IMG/VR virus record: IMGVR_UViG_3300032295_001071
Location: 1-33,115 of that record
DNA length: 33,115 nucleotides
Direction: 5' to 3' (one strand)
Source: a virus
Lineage: Duplodnaviria; Caudoviricetes
Every line of letters starts with the position of its first letter. The stretch's first letter is position 1. Below, piece by piece: positions 8,126-15,693 of the stretch. Position numbers and translations under genes: made by a program. A model generated the notes under the pieces. It worked only from the letters and a program-made list of their open reading frames with translations, made no database searches and was not told the origin of the DNA.

Positions 8126-8403
8126 GCTTCCCTCGCTTTCAGCATGGCGTCGGCCTCGATGTAACGAAGCACCGCTCGACAATCAGCCCAAAATTCAGCA
8201 AACCCTTTTGGGTCTTCGATGTATATGGGGCATTCCCTACCCACCAGTTGTTTTGCGTGTGCCAAGGAAACATCAAAGATTTCCTTTGGCGCCTTGGCTG
8301 CAAAGTAGTCGCGCAGGGTCATGCCGTAGTAAATCTCTGGTGCTGTTGTTGGCCCTTGGTATTTAAATGGAAACGCTGACCCGCCTGTGTTTGTGTTGCT
8401 CAT
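8122..8403 (-). CDS. Hypothetical phage protein (GGSAFP...GMTLRDYFAAKA...ADAMLKARE family)
   Basis: Recognisable motif of proteobacterial phage early genes. Confidence 0.8.
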   Translation of the reverse strand: MSNTNTGGSAFPFKYQGPTTAPEIYYGMTLRDYFAAKAPKEIFDVSLAHAKQLVGRECPIYIEDPKGFAEFWADCRAVLRYIEADAMLKAREA

Positions 8404-9026
8404 GCTGCATCCTTGTAAGACTGGATGAACTCGACCTCGCGCTCGATGTCTTCCAAAAACTTGACCACCTCAGTCTCCAACTCCTTGATGGCCTTGTCGT
8501 CACGCACGACACGGCGAATGACCATCTGCGCGTTTTCCGGGAAGTCTGGGTTGTAGGACACGAAATCGCACCACTCGCGCTCAGCGATCCACAGCTGGCC
8601 TTGCACCTGCCAGCGGTAGGCTGTCGGGCACTTGCCTGGCTCAAGGCGCAAATACTCCAAATGTGTTTTTGGCATCGGGCACTTGTATTCCGTCATTCCA
8701 TCATTGCCAACCAGACCATCCGGGCTGACTCCGACCAACAAGGTGTCGTGCATACAAAAGCCAATCTCGGTTACAAACTGGCCTGTGTGTGCTTCATAAG
8801 TTGATCTGGCAAATGGCTCTCGCTCTGTGCCCTGCTCCATCGCAAAGGTGGTCTTAAACTCTTCACGCACTCCAGTGATGCGCTCCAAGGCCAATGCCGT
8901 TAGGTAAGTGGCGCGGGTTGCCCCGCTACCCTTGGCCATGATGTCGCTGAACTTAGAGCCGGATGGCACACCGACTCGCGCCTGCTTCCACTCGTCTGTC
9001 CCTTGATCTGCTGTGATGACTCTCAT
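8400..9026 (-). CDS. YqaJ / lambda-exonuclease family recombination nuclease
   Basis: QGTDEWKQARVG, GTEREP, SPDGLV, EYKCP, YRWQVQGQLW, WCDFVSY. Confidence 0.93.
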   Translation of the reverse strand: MRVITADQGTDEWKQARVGVPSGSKFSDIMAKGSGATRATYLTALALERITGVREEFKTTFAMEQGTEREPFARSTYEAHTGQFVTEIGFCMHDTLLVGVSPDGLVGNDGMTEYKCPMPKTHLEYLRLEPGKCPTAYRWQVQGQLWIAEREWCDFVSYNPDFPENAQMVIRRVVRDDKAIKELETEVVKFLEDIEREVEFIQSYKDAA

Positions 9027-9610
9027 TCTGTTGCCCCTTTAGTATCAGCAGCATTGGCTGCTTTTTTCAGTGCTGGGCCTTGGGCTTGCCAGAAGGCTGC
9101 TTTGTGCGCTGACTTGGGCAATGCTTGGAAGGCTGCGGCCAGTGTTTCGCTACCTTGCAGGGCGGCCTCACGCATGGCTGGAAGGGTCTCGGTCTCATAC
9201 TCACCATAACCGGCCACAGGTGTTGGCGTGCGCTTACTGGCGGCATTGCCATCGTCATCCTCTGGTGCAATACCGCAAGCGGCCATCAGGCTGTAGCGGC
9301 GTGCGTAGGTCAAAGCACTGCCATAACCCTGAGCGTCGTGCTTGACCGCTGGAACATGCAATTTGCCAGCCGAGAAGATCTCGCCAGACTCGTGAACAAA
9401 GACAGTTTCGACCATCACACCAGCTTCACATTCGTGCGTTTGTTGCACCAGGGCAATTCCGTTGTCGTTAAGTGAATCCATCACTGCTTCGACGCAAGCT
9501 GCCAGATCTGCATAGCGGCTTTTAAAGTGCGGGTTGCTTGAGGACTTGAGCGCAGGCCCAAAGGCTTTCTGGGCTTTCACCAGTGCTGCTGCTATCTGCT
9601 TGATTTCCAT
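9023..9610 (-). CDS. erf: ERF-family single-strand annealing protein
   Basis: NPHFKSRYADL, GSALTYARRYSL, EDDDGN; start at MEIKQ. Confidence 0.92.
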   Translation of the reverse strand: MEIKQIAAALVKAQKAFGPALKSSSNPHFKSRYADLAACVEAVMDSLNDNGIALVQQTHECEAGVMVETVFVHESGEIFSAGKLHVPAVKHDAQGYGSALTYARRYSLMAACGIAPEDDDGNAASKRTPTPVAGYGEYETETLPAMREAALQGSETLAAAFQALPKSAHKAAFWQAQGPALKKAANAADTKGATE

Positions 9611-9646
9611 CGTGTTTACCTTTCGTGGTTGATTGTGGTGAAATGA

Positions 9647-9676
9647 ATCATACACCATTGCAAAATAATTTTACAA
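9647..9676 (-). promoter_or_regulatory. Leftward early promoter TTGTAA-N18-TATGAT
   Basis: Reverse complements of TTACAA 9671-9676 and ATCATA 9647-9652, upstream of erf. Confidence 0.6.
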
Positions 9677-9702
9677 GTCCAGCAAAAATAAATTTTCTTG
9701 CT
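9658..9702. promoter_or_regulatory. Candidate operators: palindrome TTGCAAAAT-A-ATTTTACAA (9658-9676) and imperfect AGCAAAAATAAATTTTCTTGCT (9681-9702)
   Basis: AT-rich dyads between the divergent promoters, next to the Cro-like gene. Confidence 0.5.
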
Positions 9703-9715
9703 TGTTACAAATTTC

Positions 9716-9724
9716 TGCTATAGT
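9716..9724 (+). promoter_or_regulatory. Rightward extended -10 promoter TGcTATAGT
   Basis: TGn plus TATAGT, ending 7 nt before ATG 9732. Confidence 0.55.
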
Positions 9725-9731
9725 CCAGCCC

Positions 9732-9944
9732 ATGATTAAAGACGACACCTATTATCTTCAGGTCTATCACTTCGCTCACAAGCAGGCAGGCAGCTACGCA
9801 AAGCTGGCCAAAGCCCTTGAAGGCGTAAGTGGGCCTGCTGTGCAAGCATGGGCAAAGAACGGCGTGGCGCACAAGTGGCGGCCAGTGCTTGAAAAAAAGT
9901 TTGGTCTTGCTTTCCGAAAGCAGTTGAACAAGCTGATCGGTTGA
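9732..9944 (+). CDS. Cro-like HTH regulator
   Basis: AGSYAKLAKALEGVSGPAVQAWAKNGV HTH; first gene of the rightward unit. Confidence 0.8.
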   Translation: MIKDDTYYLQVYHFAHKQAGSYAKLAKALEGVSGPAVQAWAKNGVAHKWRPVLEKKFGLAFRKQLNKLIG

Positions 9945-9952
9945 GTTAAAGT
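9924..9952 (+). promoter_or_regulatory. Promoter TTGAAC-N17-TAAAGT upstream of replication leader
   Basis: TTGAAC 9924-9929, TAAAGT 9947-9952. Confidence 0.45.
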
Positions 9953-9957
9953 TATGC

Positions 9958-10050
9958 GAAACCCGGCTACCGAGGAAGTCATGAGCCTCGGGAAAAGTGA
10001 ACTCCCCACCTGCCGTAGTTTCTTTCAGGGAGATTTGCGGAGTTGCTTCA
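9958..10050 (+). ncRNA. Putative structured 5' leader RNA of the replication initiator gene
   Basis: Nested stems GAAAC/GTTTC, CGGC/GCCG and CCGAGG/CCTCGG; AACTCC is complementary to the SD GGAGTT. Confidence 0.5.
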
Positions 10051-10776
10051 ATGCACTACTATCAATTTCATGTAAGTGATTACATTCACGACACTGCTCA
10101 TTTAAGTCTTGAGGAAGATTTAGCTTTTCGGCGCCTGTTAGACCTCTATTACACACAGGAAAAACCTATCCCAAACAAAACTCATGAGGTTGCCAGACGT
10201 ATTCGTATGTCTAAGCATGAACATTCAATCCAGATTGTTTTGGAAGAATTTTTTATGTTTGATATGGAGCATGATTGTTGGACTCACAAGCGATGTGACG
10301 AAACTATTGCTGCTTATCAGGCCAAAGCAGAGAGAAACAGAGCAATTGGAAAGCTAGGTGGAAGGCCAAAGGCTAACCATCAGGAAACCCAGATGGTTTC
10401 CAAAGATAACCCTAACCAAGAACCAATAACCAATAACCATAAACCAAAGAGAGAGAACGCAACTGTCGTTGCTCGCCCTCTTGATGTTTCAGAACAAGTT
10501 TGGGGTGATTGGTTGCAGCTTAGAAAAACCAAAAAAGCCTCTGTGACAGAAACAGTGGTTAACGGAGCAAGGCAAGAGGCCAAAAAAATCAACTGGACGC
10601 TTGAGCAGTTTTTAGTCGAATGGTGTACTCGAGGAAGCCAGGGGTTAAAAGCTGAATGGATTAAACCTGACCAGCAAACGCTCAGCCAGACAGGGCAAAT
10701 GAACCAGCGCGTGGCCTCTGGCCTTACCCGTGGACTTATTGGAGGTGGCAACGATGTCAAGCTACTCGGAAACTGA
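10051..10776 (+). CDS. Replication initiator, DUF1376/YdaU family (lambda O-like)
   Basis: MHYYQFHVSDYIHDTAHLSLEEDLAFRRLLDLYY; GKLGGRP; NQEPITNNHKP linker; C-terminal WGDWLQLRK domain. Confidence 0.9.
   Translation: MHYYQFHVSDYIHDTAHLSLEEDLAFRRLLDLYYTQEKPIPNKTHEVARRIRMSKHEHSIQIVLEEFFMFDMEHDCWTHKRCDETIAAYQAKAERNRAIGKLGGRPKANHQETQMVSKDNPNQEPITNNHKPKRENATVVARPLDVSEQVWGDWLQLRKTKKASVTETVVNGARQEAKKINWTLEQFLVEWCTRGSQGLKAEWIKPDQQTLSQTGQMNQRVASGLTRGLIGGGNDVKLLGN
10375..10447 (+). repeat. Iteron-like AACC repeats; putative replication origin inside the initiator gene
   Basis: aaccatc...gatggtt dyad, then taaccc taaccaag aaccaa taaccaa taacca taaaccaa. Confidence 0.5.
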
Positions 10777-11149
10777 TTTCTGTACACCAGACCAAGGTCT
10801 GGACTACATCTTTGGCCGCATGATGGCCATCTTCGGGGCTACTTTCAATCGACACTTTGATGGCATTGATCCAGGCTTTGTTAGGCAGGAGTGGAAAAAG
10901 CAGCTTGGATCTTTCCTGACCTACAGACCGAGCATGGACTTTGCCATCGAGAAGCTGGATGGTGAGTTTGTGCCAAGCGCAATCAAATTCCGGAACCTTT
11001 GCAATGCTGGCCCTGCAATCCCAAGAAAGCCAGTCGTGGCCATCGAAAAACAACTGACACAAAAAGAGAAAGATGAGATTGAGCGAAACAAAAAAATCGC
11101 ACTCGCAAAACTGGCAGAACTGCAAAAACAATACAAAGGCGAGGCATGA
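10754..11149 (+). CDS. Replication accessory protein (lambda P / helicase-loader-like)
   Basis: Follows the initiator; DYIFGRMMAIFG..F...F, W...L, PSAIKFRNLC motifs; RBS ggagg. Confidence 0.65.
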   Translation: MSSYSETDFCTPDQGLDYIFGRMMAIFGATFNRHFDGIDPGFVRQEWKKQLGSFLTYRPSMDFAIEKLDGEFVPSAIKFRNLCNAGPAIPRKPVVAIEKQLTQKEKDEIERNKKIALAKLAELQKQYKGEA

Positions 11150-11400
11150 CATGCAAACAATGCGAATCATGGAAACAACGTCCACTCAGTGGAACGTACT
11201 CCTTCAAATGCGTGGAGTGCTGCTCAAGGCTGGTGCTGAGCGCAAGGCCGGACAAGAGGCAAGCAGCGGCAATGCTGGCGGCCATCGAGCGCTTTCCGGG
11301 CAACCCTGGCCGGGAGCGCATCTTGGAATCCGTCCGCCAGGCATTGACGAAACCCCCCTCAGCCTCGACGAGTGCTGGGTCGCAGTCCGGGAGTGCCTGA
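11146..11400 (+). CDS. Cys-rich hypothetical protein
   Basis: CKQC...CVECC; ATGA overlap with the upstream gene. Confidence 0.65.
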   Translation: MTCKQCESWKQRPLSGTYSFKCVECCSRLVLSARPDKRQAAAMLAAIERFPGNPGRERILESVRQALTKPPSASTSAGSQSGSA

Positions 11401-11401
11401 C

Positions 11402-12139
11402 ATGAATGTGATTTCAAGCTCCGCAGGAAATGACAGCGTTGCGATGATCCAATGGGCTATTGAAAACAAGGTGGAAAATCTGCACGTTGTTTTTTCAGAC
11501 ACCGGCTGGCTTGCTCCAGGATGGATTCAGCGCGTCGAGCGAATCCATGCTTGGGCAGAATCCAAAGGCATACAAACGCACATCATCAAAAGCATTGGCA
11601 TGGAAGAGCTGGTGCGAATCAAGAAAGGATTTCCTGGAAACGCCCAGCAATTCTGCACGGCGCACCTGAAAGGCATCCCATTCTTGGAGTGGATTGACGA
11701 GGCCGATCCAGAGTGCAAGGCCGTGGTGATGGTTGGAAAGCGCCGAGCCGAAAGCCAAGACCGCGCCGACACGCCAGAGTTTGTCCACGGAAGCGAATAC
11801 CACGGAGGCCGCAAGCTGTGGCACCCGCTATACCTGCACACGGATGAACAGCGCAACGAGCTGCTGCACCGCGCAGGATTCGACCCGCTTCCACACCGTT
11901 CGCTGGAATGCAATCCATGCGTCAACGCCAACAGGGCCGATTTCCTGCGGCTGACGCCTGGCGAAATCGAGCGCGTGAACGACCTGGAAGTCGAGATTGG
12001 CAAGCCGATGTTCAGGCCAAAGCGTTTCGGCGCTTTGGGAATCTACGGCGTGATCGCCTGGGCCAAAGACGGACGCGAACGTGGCGACATCGATGAAGAA
12101 AACGCGCAGTGCGCTGGATTGTTTGGATGCGGACTATGA
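11402..12139 (+). CDS. PAPS-reductase-family (PP-loop) protein
   Basis: SSSAGNDS PP-loop, FSDTGW, FCTAHLKG, GKRRAESQDRA, ECNPCV. Confidence 0.85.
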   Translation: MNVISSSAGNDSVAMIQWAIENKVENLHVVFSDTGWLAPGWIQRVERIHAWAESKGIQTHIIKSIGMEELVRIKKGFPGNAQQFCTAHLKGIPFLEWIDEADPECKAVVMVGKRRAESQDRADTPEFVHGSEYHGGRKLWHPLYLHTDEQRNELLHRAGFDPLPHRSLECNPCVNANRADFLRLTPGEIERVNDLEVEIGKPMFRPKRFGALGIYGVIAWAKDGRERGDIDEENAQCAGLFGCGL

Positions 12140-12573
12140 CCGAACGCCAGCGATTCACCCTCTGGGAGCCGGTGCAGGCCCACAAAGTCCTGACGCAACA
12201 GATCTGGCCGCTGCTCAAGTCCCTACTGATGGCTGGCCACCGCATGGTGGTGGAGATCAAGCCAGAAACCCGCACACTCGCACAAAATGCGCGTTTGTGG
12301 GCGATGTTGACCGACGTGGCCAAGCAGGTCGACTGGTACGGCCGCAAGCTGAGCGCCGAGGAATGGAAGCACGTGATGACCGCCTCGATGACCAAGCAGG
12401 ACGTCGTGCCTGGCATCGATGGCGGCTTTGTGGTGCTCGGAAAGTCCACCAGCAAGATGACCAAGCCAGAGATGAGCGAGCTTCAGGACTTGATCGAGGC
12501 CTTCGGTGCGCAGCAGGGCGTGCGCTTCACTGCGCCTGAGTACGTTGACCCAGAGACTGGAGAGATCACATGA
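12136..12573 (+). CDS. ninB: NinB/Orf recombination mediator
   Basis: RTLAQNARLWAMLTDVAKQVDWYG..LSAEEWK; VPGIDGGFVVLG.STSKM. Confidence 0.9.
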   Translation: MTERQRFTLWEPVQAHKVLTQQIWPLLKSLLMAGHRMVVEIKPETRTLAQNARLWAMLTDVAKQVDWYGRKLSAEEWKHVMTASMTKQDVVPGIDGGFVVLGKSTSKMTKPEMSELQDLIEAFGAQQGVRFTAPEYVDPETGEIT

Positions 12574-12869
12574 CTGAGATTATTGATTTCGCAAAAGCAA
12601 AAAAGGAGCGCGAGCCCCATGTGTCTGGACACCTTTATTGCCAAGGATGTGGACATGAGTGGATTGCTGTCTGGGAGCCAGGAACTACAGAATTTGAGTG
12701 CCCGGAGTGCAAGAGCATGCATGGTCGCGGAAAGTTTGATGTGATGCCTTCGCCTGACGCACAGAGCTGGACTTGCGTGGCCTGTGGAAACCAAATGTTC
12801 CATCTTTTACGAGATCGTGTTCATTGCCCTGGTTGTGGAAAGCAGTGGGACTACGGAGAAATCGCATGA
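12570..12869 (+). CDS. Double zinc-ribbon protein
   Basis: Four CxxC pairs (CQGC, CPEC, CVAC, CPGC). Confidence 0.75.
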   Translation: MTEIIDFAKAKKEREPHVSGHLYCQGCGHEWIAVWEPGTTEFECPECKSMHGRGKFDVMPSPDAQSWTCVACGNQMFHLLRDRVHCPGCGKQWDYGEIA

Positions 12870-13567
12870 CAACAGCCCACGTTCGCTCCATAATGAAGTC
12901 GGTCATTGCATCCGGCTTTGACCCGACTGAAATGCAGTGGTTTGATATTTCAGGCGCTGATCTATCCACCGGCATCAAAATTGACAACCTGACCACCCAC
13001 CGGCCACCATTCGAGAAAAGCCTAGTGCTTTGGGCTGGCCAAACCTCAAGCCATGAGCGTTACGAAATGATGATGCTTGCTGCTGGAGACGATCCAGAGG
13101 AAGGCATCGTGCTTGACTTGAGCAAAGGACAGCCTGGCAAATACACCACATTCCCGCCAATGGTTTACGCCATCGTGGATGGCCAGATTAAATATGGCCC
13201 GGTTGATGAAGGCCAAGACTTGCCGCGAGATGTGGCCGAGATCATGCTGGCCACCATGTCCAAATGGCTGGAAAGCATGGACACCGGCTGCGAGTGCTAT
13301 CAGCCCGTGATAACCGACACCTTCACGAACAGGCGCAAAATTGCTGCAGGCAAAACACCGAACTACGACTGGCGCACCGTCAAGATCGGACCAAAGACCG
13401 CCAAAGGTGAATCGAAAGGCGGCACGCACGCATCACCCAGGCTGCACGACCGTCGCGGCCACATTCGCAGGCTGGCCAGCGGAAAAAACGTCTGGGTAAA
13501 GGCTTGCAAGGTTGGCGATGCCAGTTTGGGCGCTGTGTTTCACGATTATGAGATCAAGGCAAAATGA
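12866..13567 (+). CDS. Hypothetical phage protein (C-terminal HASPRLHDRRGHIR motif)
   Basis: Start MTTAHVR with ATGA overlap; conserved-looking basic C-terminal motif. Confidence 0.8.
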   Translation: MTTAHVRSIMKSVIASGFDPTEMQWFDISGADLSTGIKIDNLTTHRPPFEKSLVLWAGQTSSHERYEMMMLAAGDDPEEGIVLDLSKGQPGKYTTFPPMVYAIVDGQIKYGPVDEGQDLPRDVAEIMLATMSKWLESMDTGCECYQPVITDTFTNRRKIAAGKTPNYDWRTVKIGPKTAKGESKGGTHASPRLHDRRGHIRRLASGKNVWVKACKVGDASLGAVFHDYEIKAK

Positions 13568-14130
13568 CCAAACCATCCAAATGCAAGGTCTGCCAATGCG
13601 CCTACACCAAGACCAGACCCTTGCAAACCGTTTGCAGCCCACCCTGTGCCCTCTTGCTGGCCCGAAAAGCCACAGAGAAGGCCCAAGCCAAGGAGCAGGC
13701 CAAAGATCGCAAGGAAACCCGCCAGAAGCTGGACGCAATGCAAACCAAGCCCCAACTCACCAAGAAAGCACAGACAGCTTTTAATGCCTACATCCGGGCG
13801 AGGGATGCGGGTAAACCCTGTATTTCCTGCGGCACACCACTCAGCAACGAGCCGAACACCTACGATGCCGGTCACTACCGATCAGTCGGCAGCGCACCTC
13901 ACATGAGGTTTGTGGAGGACAACTGCCATGGCCAATGCAAGCACTGCAACAACTATCTGGCCGGAAATCATGTGGAATACCGCCAGCGGCTGATCGAGCG
14001 AATCGGCCTGCAAACCGTGGAAAGCATAGAGCGTGACAACACGGTACGGAAATACTCTCACGAAGGCCTGATCGAACTGGCCAAGCACTATCGGGCGGCA
14101 GCGCTCGCAACCAAGAAAGTAAAAGCATGA
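13564..14130 (+). CDS. ninG: NinG/Rap endonuclease
   Basis: CKVC, VCSPPCA, AFNAYIRARD..KPCISCG, DAGHYRSVGSAPHMRF, NCHGQCKHCN. Confidence 0.93.
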   Translation: MTKPSKCKVCQCAYTKTRPLQTVCSPPCALLLARKATEKAQAKEQAKDRKETRQKLDAMQTKPQLTKKAQTAFNAYIRARDAGKPCISCGTPLSNEPNTYDAGHYRSVGSAPHMRFVEDNCHGQCKHCNNYLAGNHVEYRQRLIERIGLQTVESIERDNTVRKYSHEGLIELAKHYRAAALATKKVKA

Positions 14131-15293
14131 AACTTCCAGACCAGCTAGAAACCATCCAGATTGATGCGTTGATACCCTACGCACGCAACAGCCGGACGCA
14201 CTCCGACGCTCAGGTGGCGCAGATCGCATCATCCATCAAGGAGTTCGGCTTTACCAACCCTGTTCTGATAGACCAAGAGGGTGGAATCATTGCAGGGCAT
14301 GGCCGAGTGCTTGCTGCACGCAAGCTGGGCATGAGCGAAGTCCCGTGCATCCGACTGGATCACCTGACCGAAGCCCAGAAAAAAGCCTATGTCATAGCGG
14401 ACAACAAACTGGCCATGAATGCAGGATGGGACAACGAAATGCTGGCTTTGGAATTCAGCGAGTTGCAGGGCATGGACTTTGATCTCGACTTAACTGGTTT
14501 TACAGCCGAGGAGATCGCTGCGCTGATGCCAGAGGAAATTGAACCTGGCCTGACTGATGAGGATGCAGTCCCAGAAGTTCCAGAGCAACCGATCACGGTG
14601 CTTGGCGATGTTTGGATTCTTGGGCAACATCGTTTGATGTGTGGAAACAGCACTATGCTGGCCGATGTTGAGCGTCTCATGAATGGCACAACTCCTGACT
14701 GTATCCACACCGACCCTCCTTATGGAATGAATGCTGTCAGCAAGTCGTCCGTTCTGAAGAAGAATTACAAGCAGGACATTATGGGCGATGACACGCCAGA
14801 TGTCGCAAAGGATGCTTTCCAATTGATCTATGGCATGTGGCCAGATGCAAAACAGATCTGGTGGCGTGCGAACTATTACTGCTCTGTTTTGCCAGATAGC
14901 GAATGCTGGCTCGTGTGGGATAAAAACAATGGGCAATCAGATCAAACCGACTGCGAACTGGCATGGGCAAATTTTCGTAGCGTTGTTCGGCAGTTTACGC
15001 TTGCGTCAGAAAAAACAAATCGCGTTCATCCAACCCAAAAGCCAGTGGCGCTGATGGAATGGATATTAAAAAGGTTTAACTTGTCCGTGAAAACAGTTGC
15101 TGACTTCTTTGGTGGATCTGGTTCGACATTGATTGCAGCAGAAAAACATGGCGCTCAAGCATTCATCATGGAGTTTGATCCAAGGTTCGTCGATGTGATT
15201 GTCAAGCGCTGGCAGGACTTCACAGGCAAAATAGCAACTCACGCAGAAACTGGAAAACCTTTCGCGGAGGTTACAAATGCCCACAAAAACTGA
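14127..15293 (+). CDS. ParB-like N-domain fused to N4/N6 DNA methyltransferase
   Basis: PYARNSRTHS..Q, IIAGHGR, YVIADNKL (ParB/Srx); TDPPY, HPTQKPV, DFFGGSGSTLIAAE. Confidence 0.92.
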   Translation: MKLPDQLETIQIDALIPYARNSRTHSDAQVAQIASSIKEFGFTNPVLIDQEGGIIAGHGRVLAARKLGMSEVPCIRLDHLTEAQKKAYVIADNKLAMNAGWDNEMLALEFSELQGMDFDLDLTGFTAEEIAALMPEEIEPGLTDEDAVPEVPEQPITVLGDVWILGQHRLMCGNSTMLADVERLMNGTTPDCIHTDPPYGMNAVSKSSVLKKNYKQDIMGDDTPDVAKDAFQLIYGMWPDAKQIWWRANYYCSVLPDSECWLVWDKNNGQSDQTDCELAWANFRSVVRQFTLASEKTNRVHPTQKPVALMEWILKRFNLSVKTVADFFGGSGSTLIAAEKHGAQAFIMEFDPRFVDVIVKRWQDFTGKIATHAETGKPFAEVTNAHKN

Positions 15294-15693
15294 AAAACCC
15301 CCACTAAAAAAGCGCGGCCCTAATGGTGGCGCTCGGCCAGGTGCTGGAAGACCAGCATTTGTTCCGACTGATGCCGAGCGCAAACAGGTGGAAGCTCTCT
15401 CAGGATATGGCCTGCCAATTGAGCAGATTGCAGTGCTGGTGCGTGATGGCATCCATGTCGACACGCTCCGGGCTCACTTTGCCACCGAGTTGGTATCAGG
15501 AAAAGCCAAAGCCAACGGACAGGTAGGGAAAACCCTATTCCAGAAGGTAATGGCAGGCGACACGACAGCAGCCATTTGGTGGAGCAAGACGCAAATGCGC
15601 TGGGCTGAAACCCAGAAGCATGAGCTAACTGGTGCAGACGGTGCGCCACTAGAGTTTGCCAAGATTGAACGGGTGATCGTCAAGAATGGGTAA
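15277..15693 (+). CDS. Terminase small subunit (putative)
   Basis: GGARPGAGRP, an HTH-like core, AAIWWSK, HELTGADGAPL; directly upstream of TerL. Confidence 0.8.
   Translation: MPTKTEKPPLKKRGPNGGARPGAGRPAFVPTDAERKQVEALSGYGLPIEQIAVLVRDGIHVDTLRAHFATELVSGKAKANGQVGKTLFQKVMAGDTTAAIWWSKTQMRWAETQKHELTGADGAPLEFAKIERVIVKNG

Noticed and set aside
7393-9475. Multiple + strand ORFs over the early leftward block
   Set aside because: Antisense to well-supported, tightly chained minus-strand genes.
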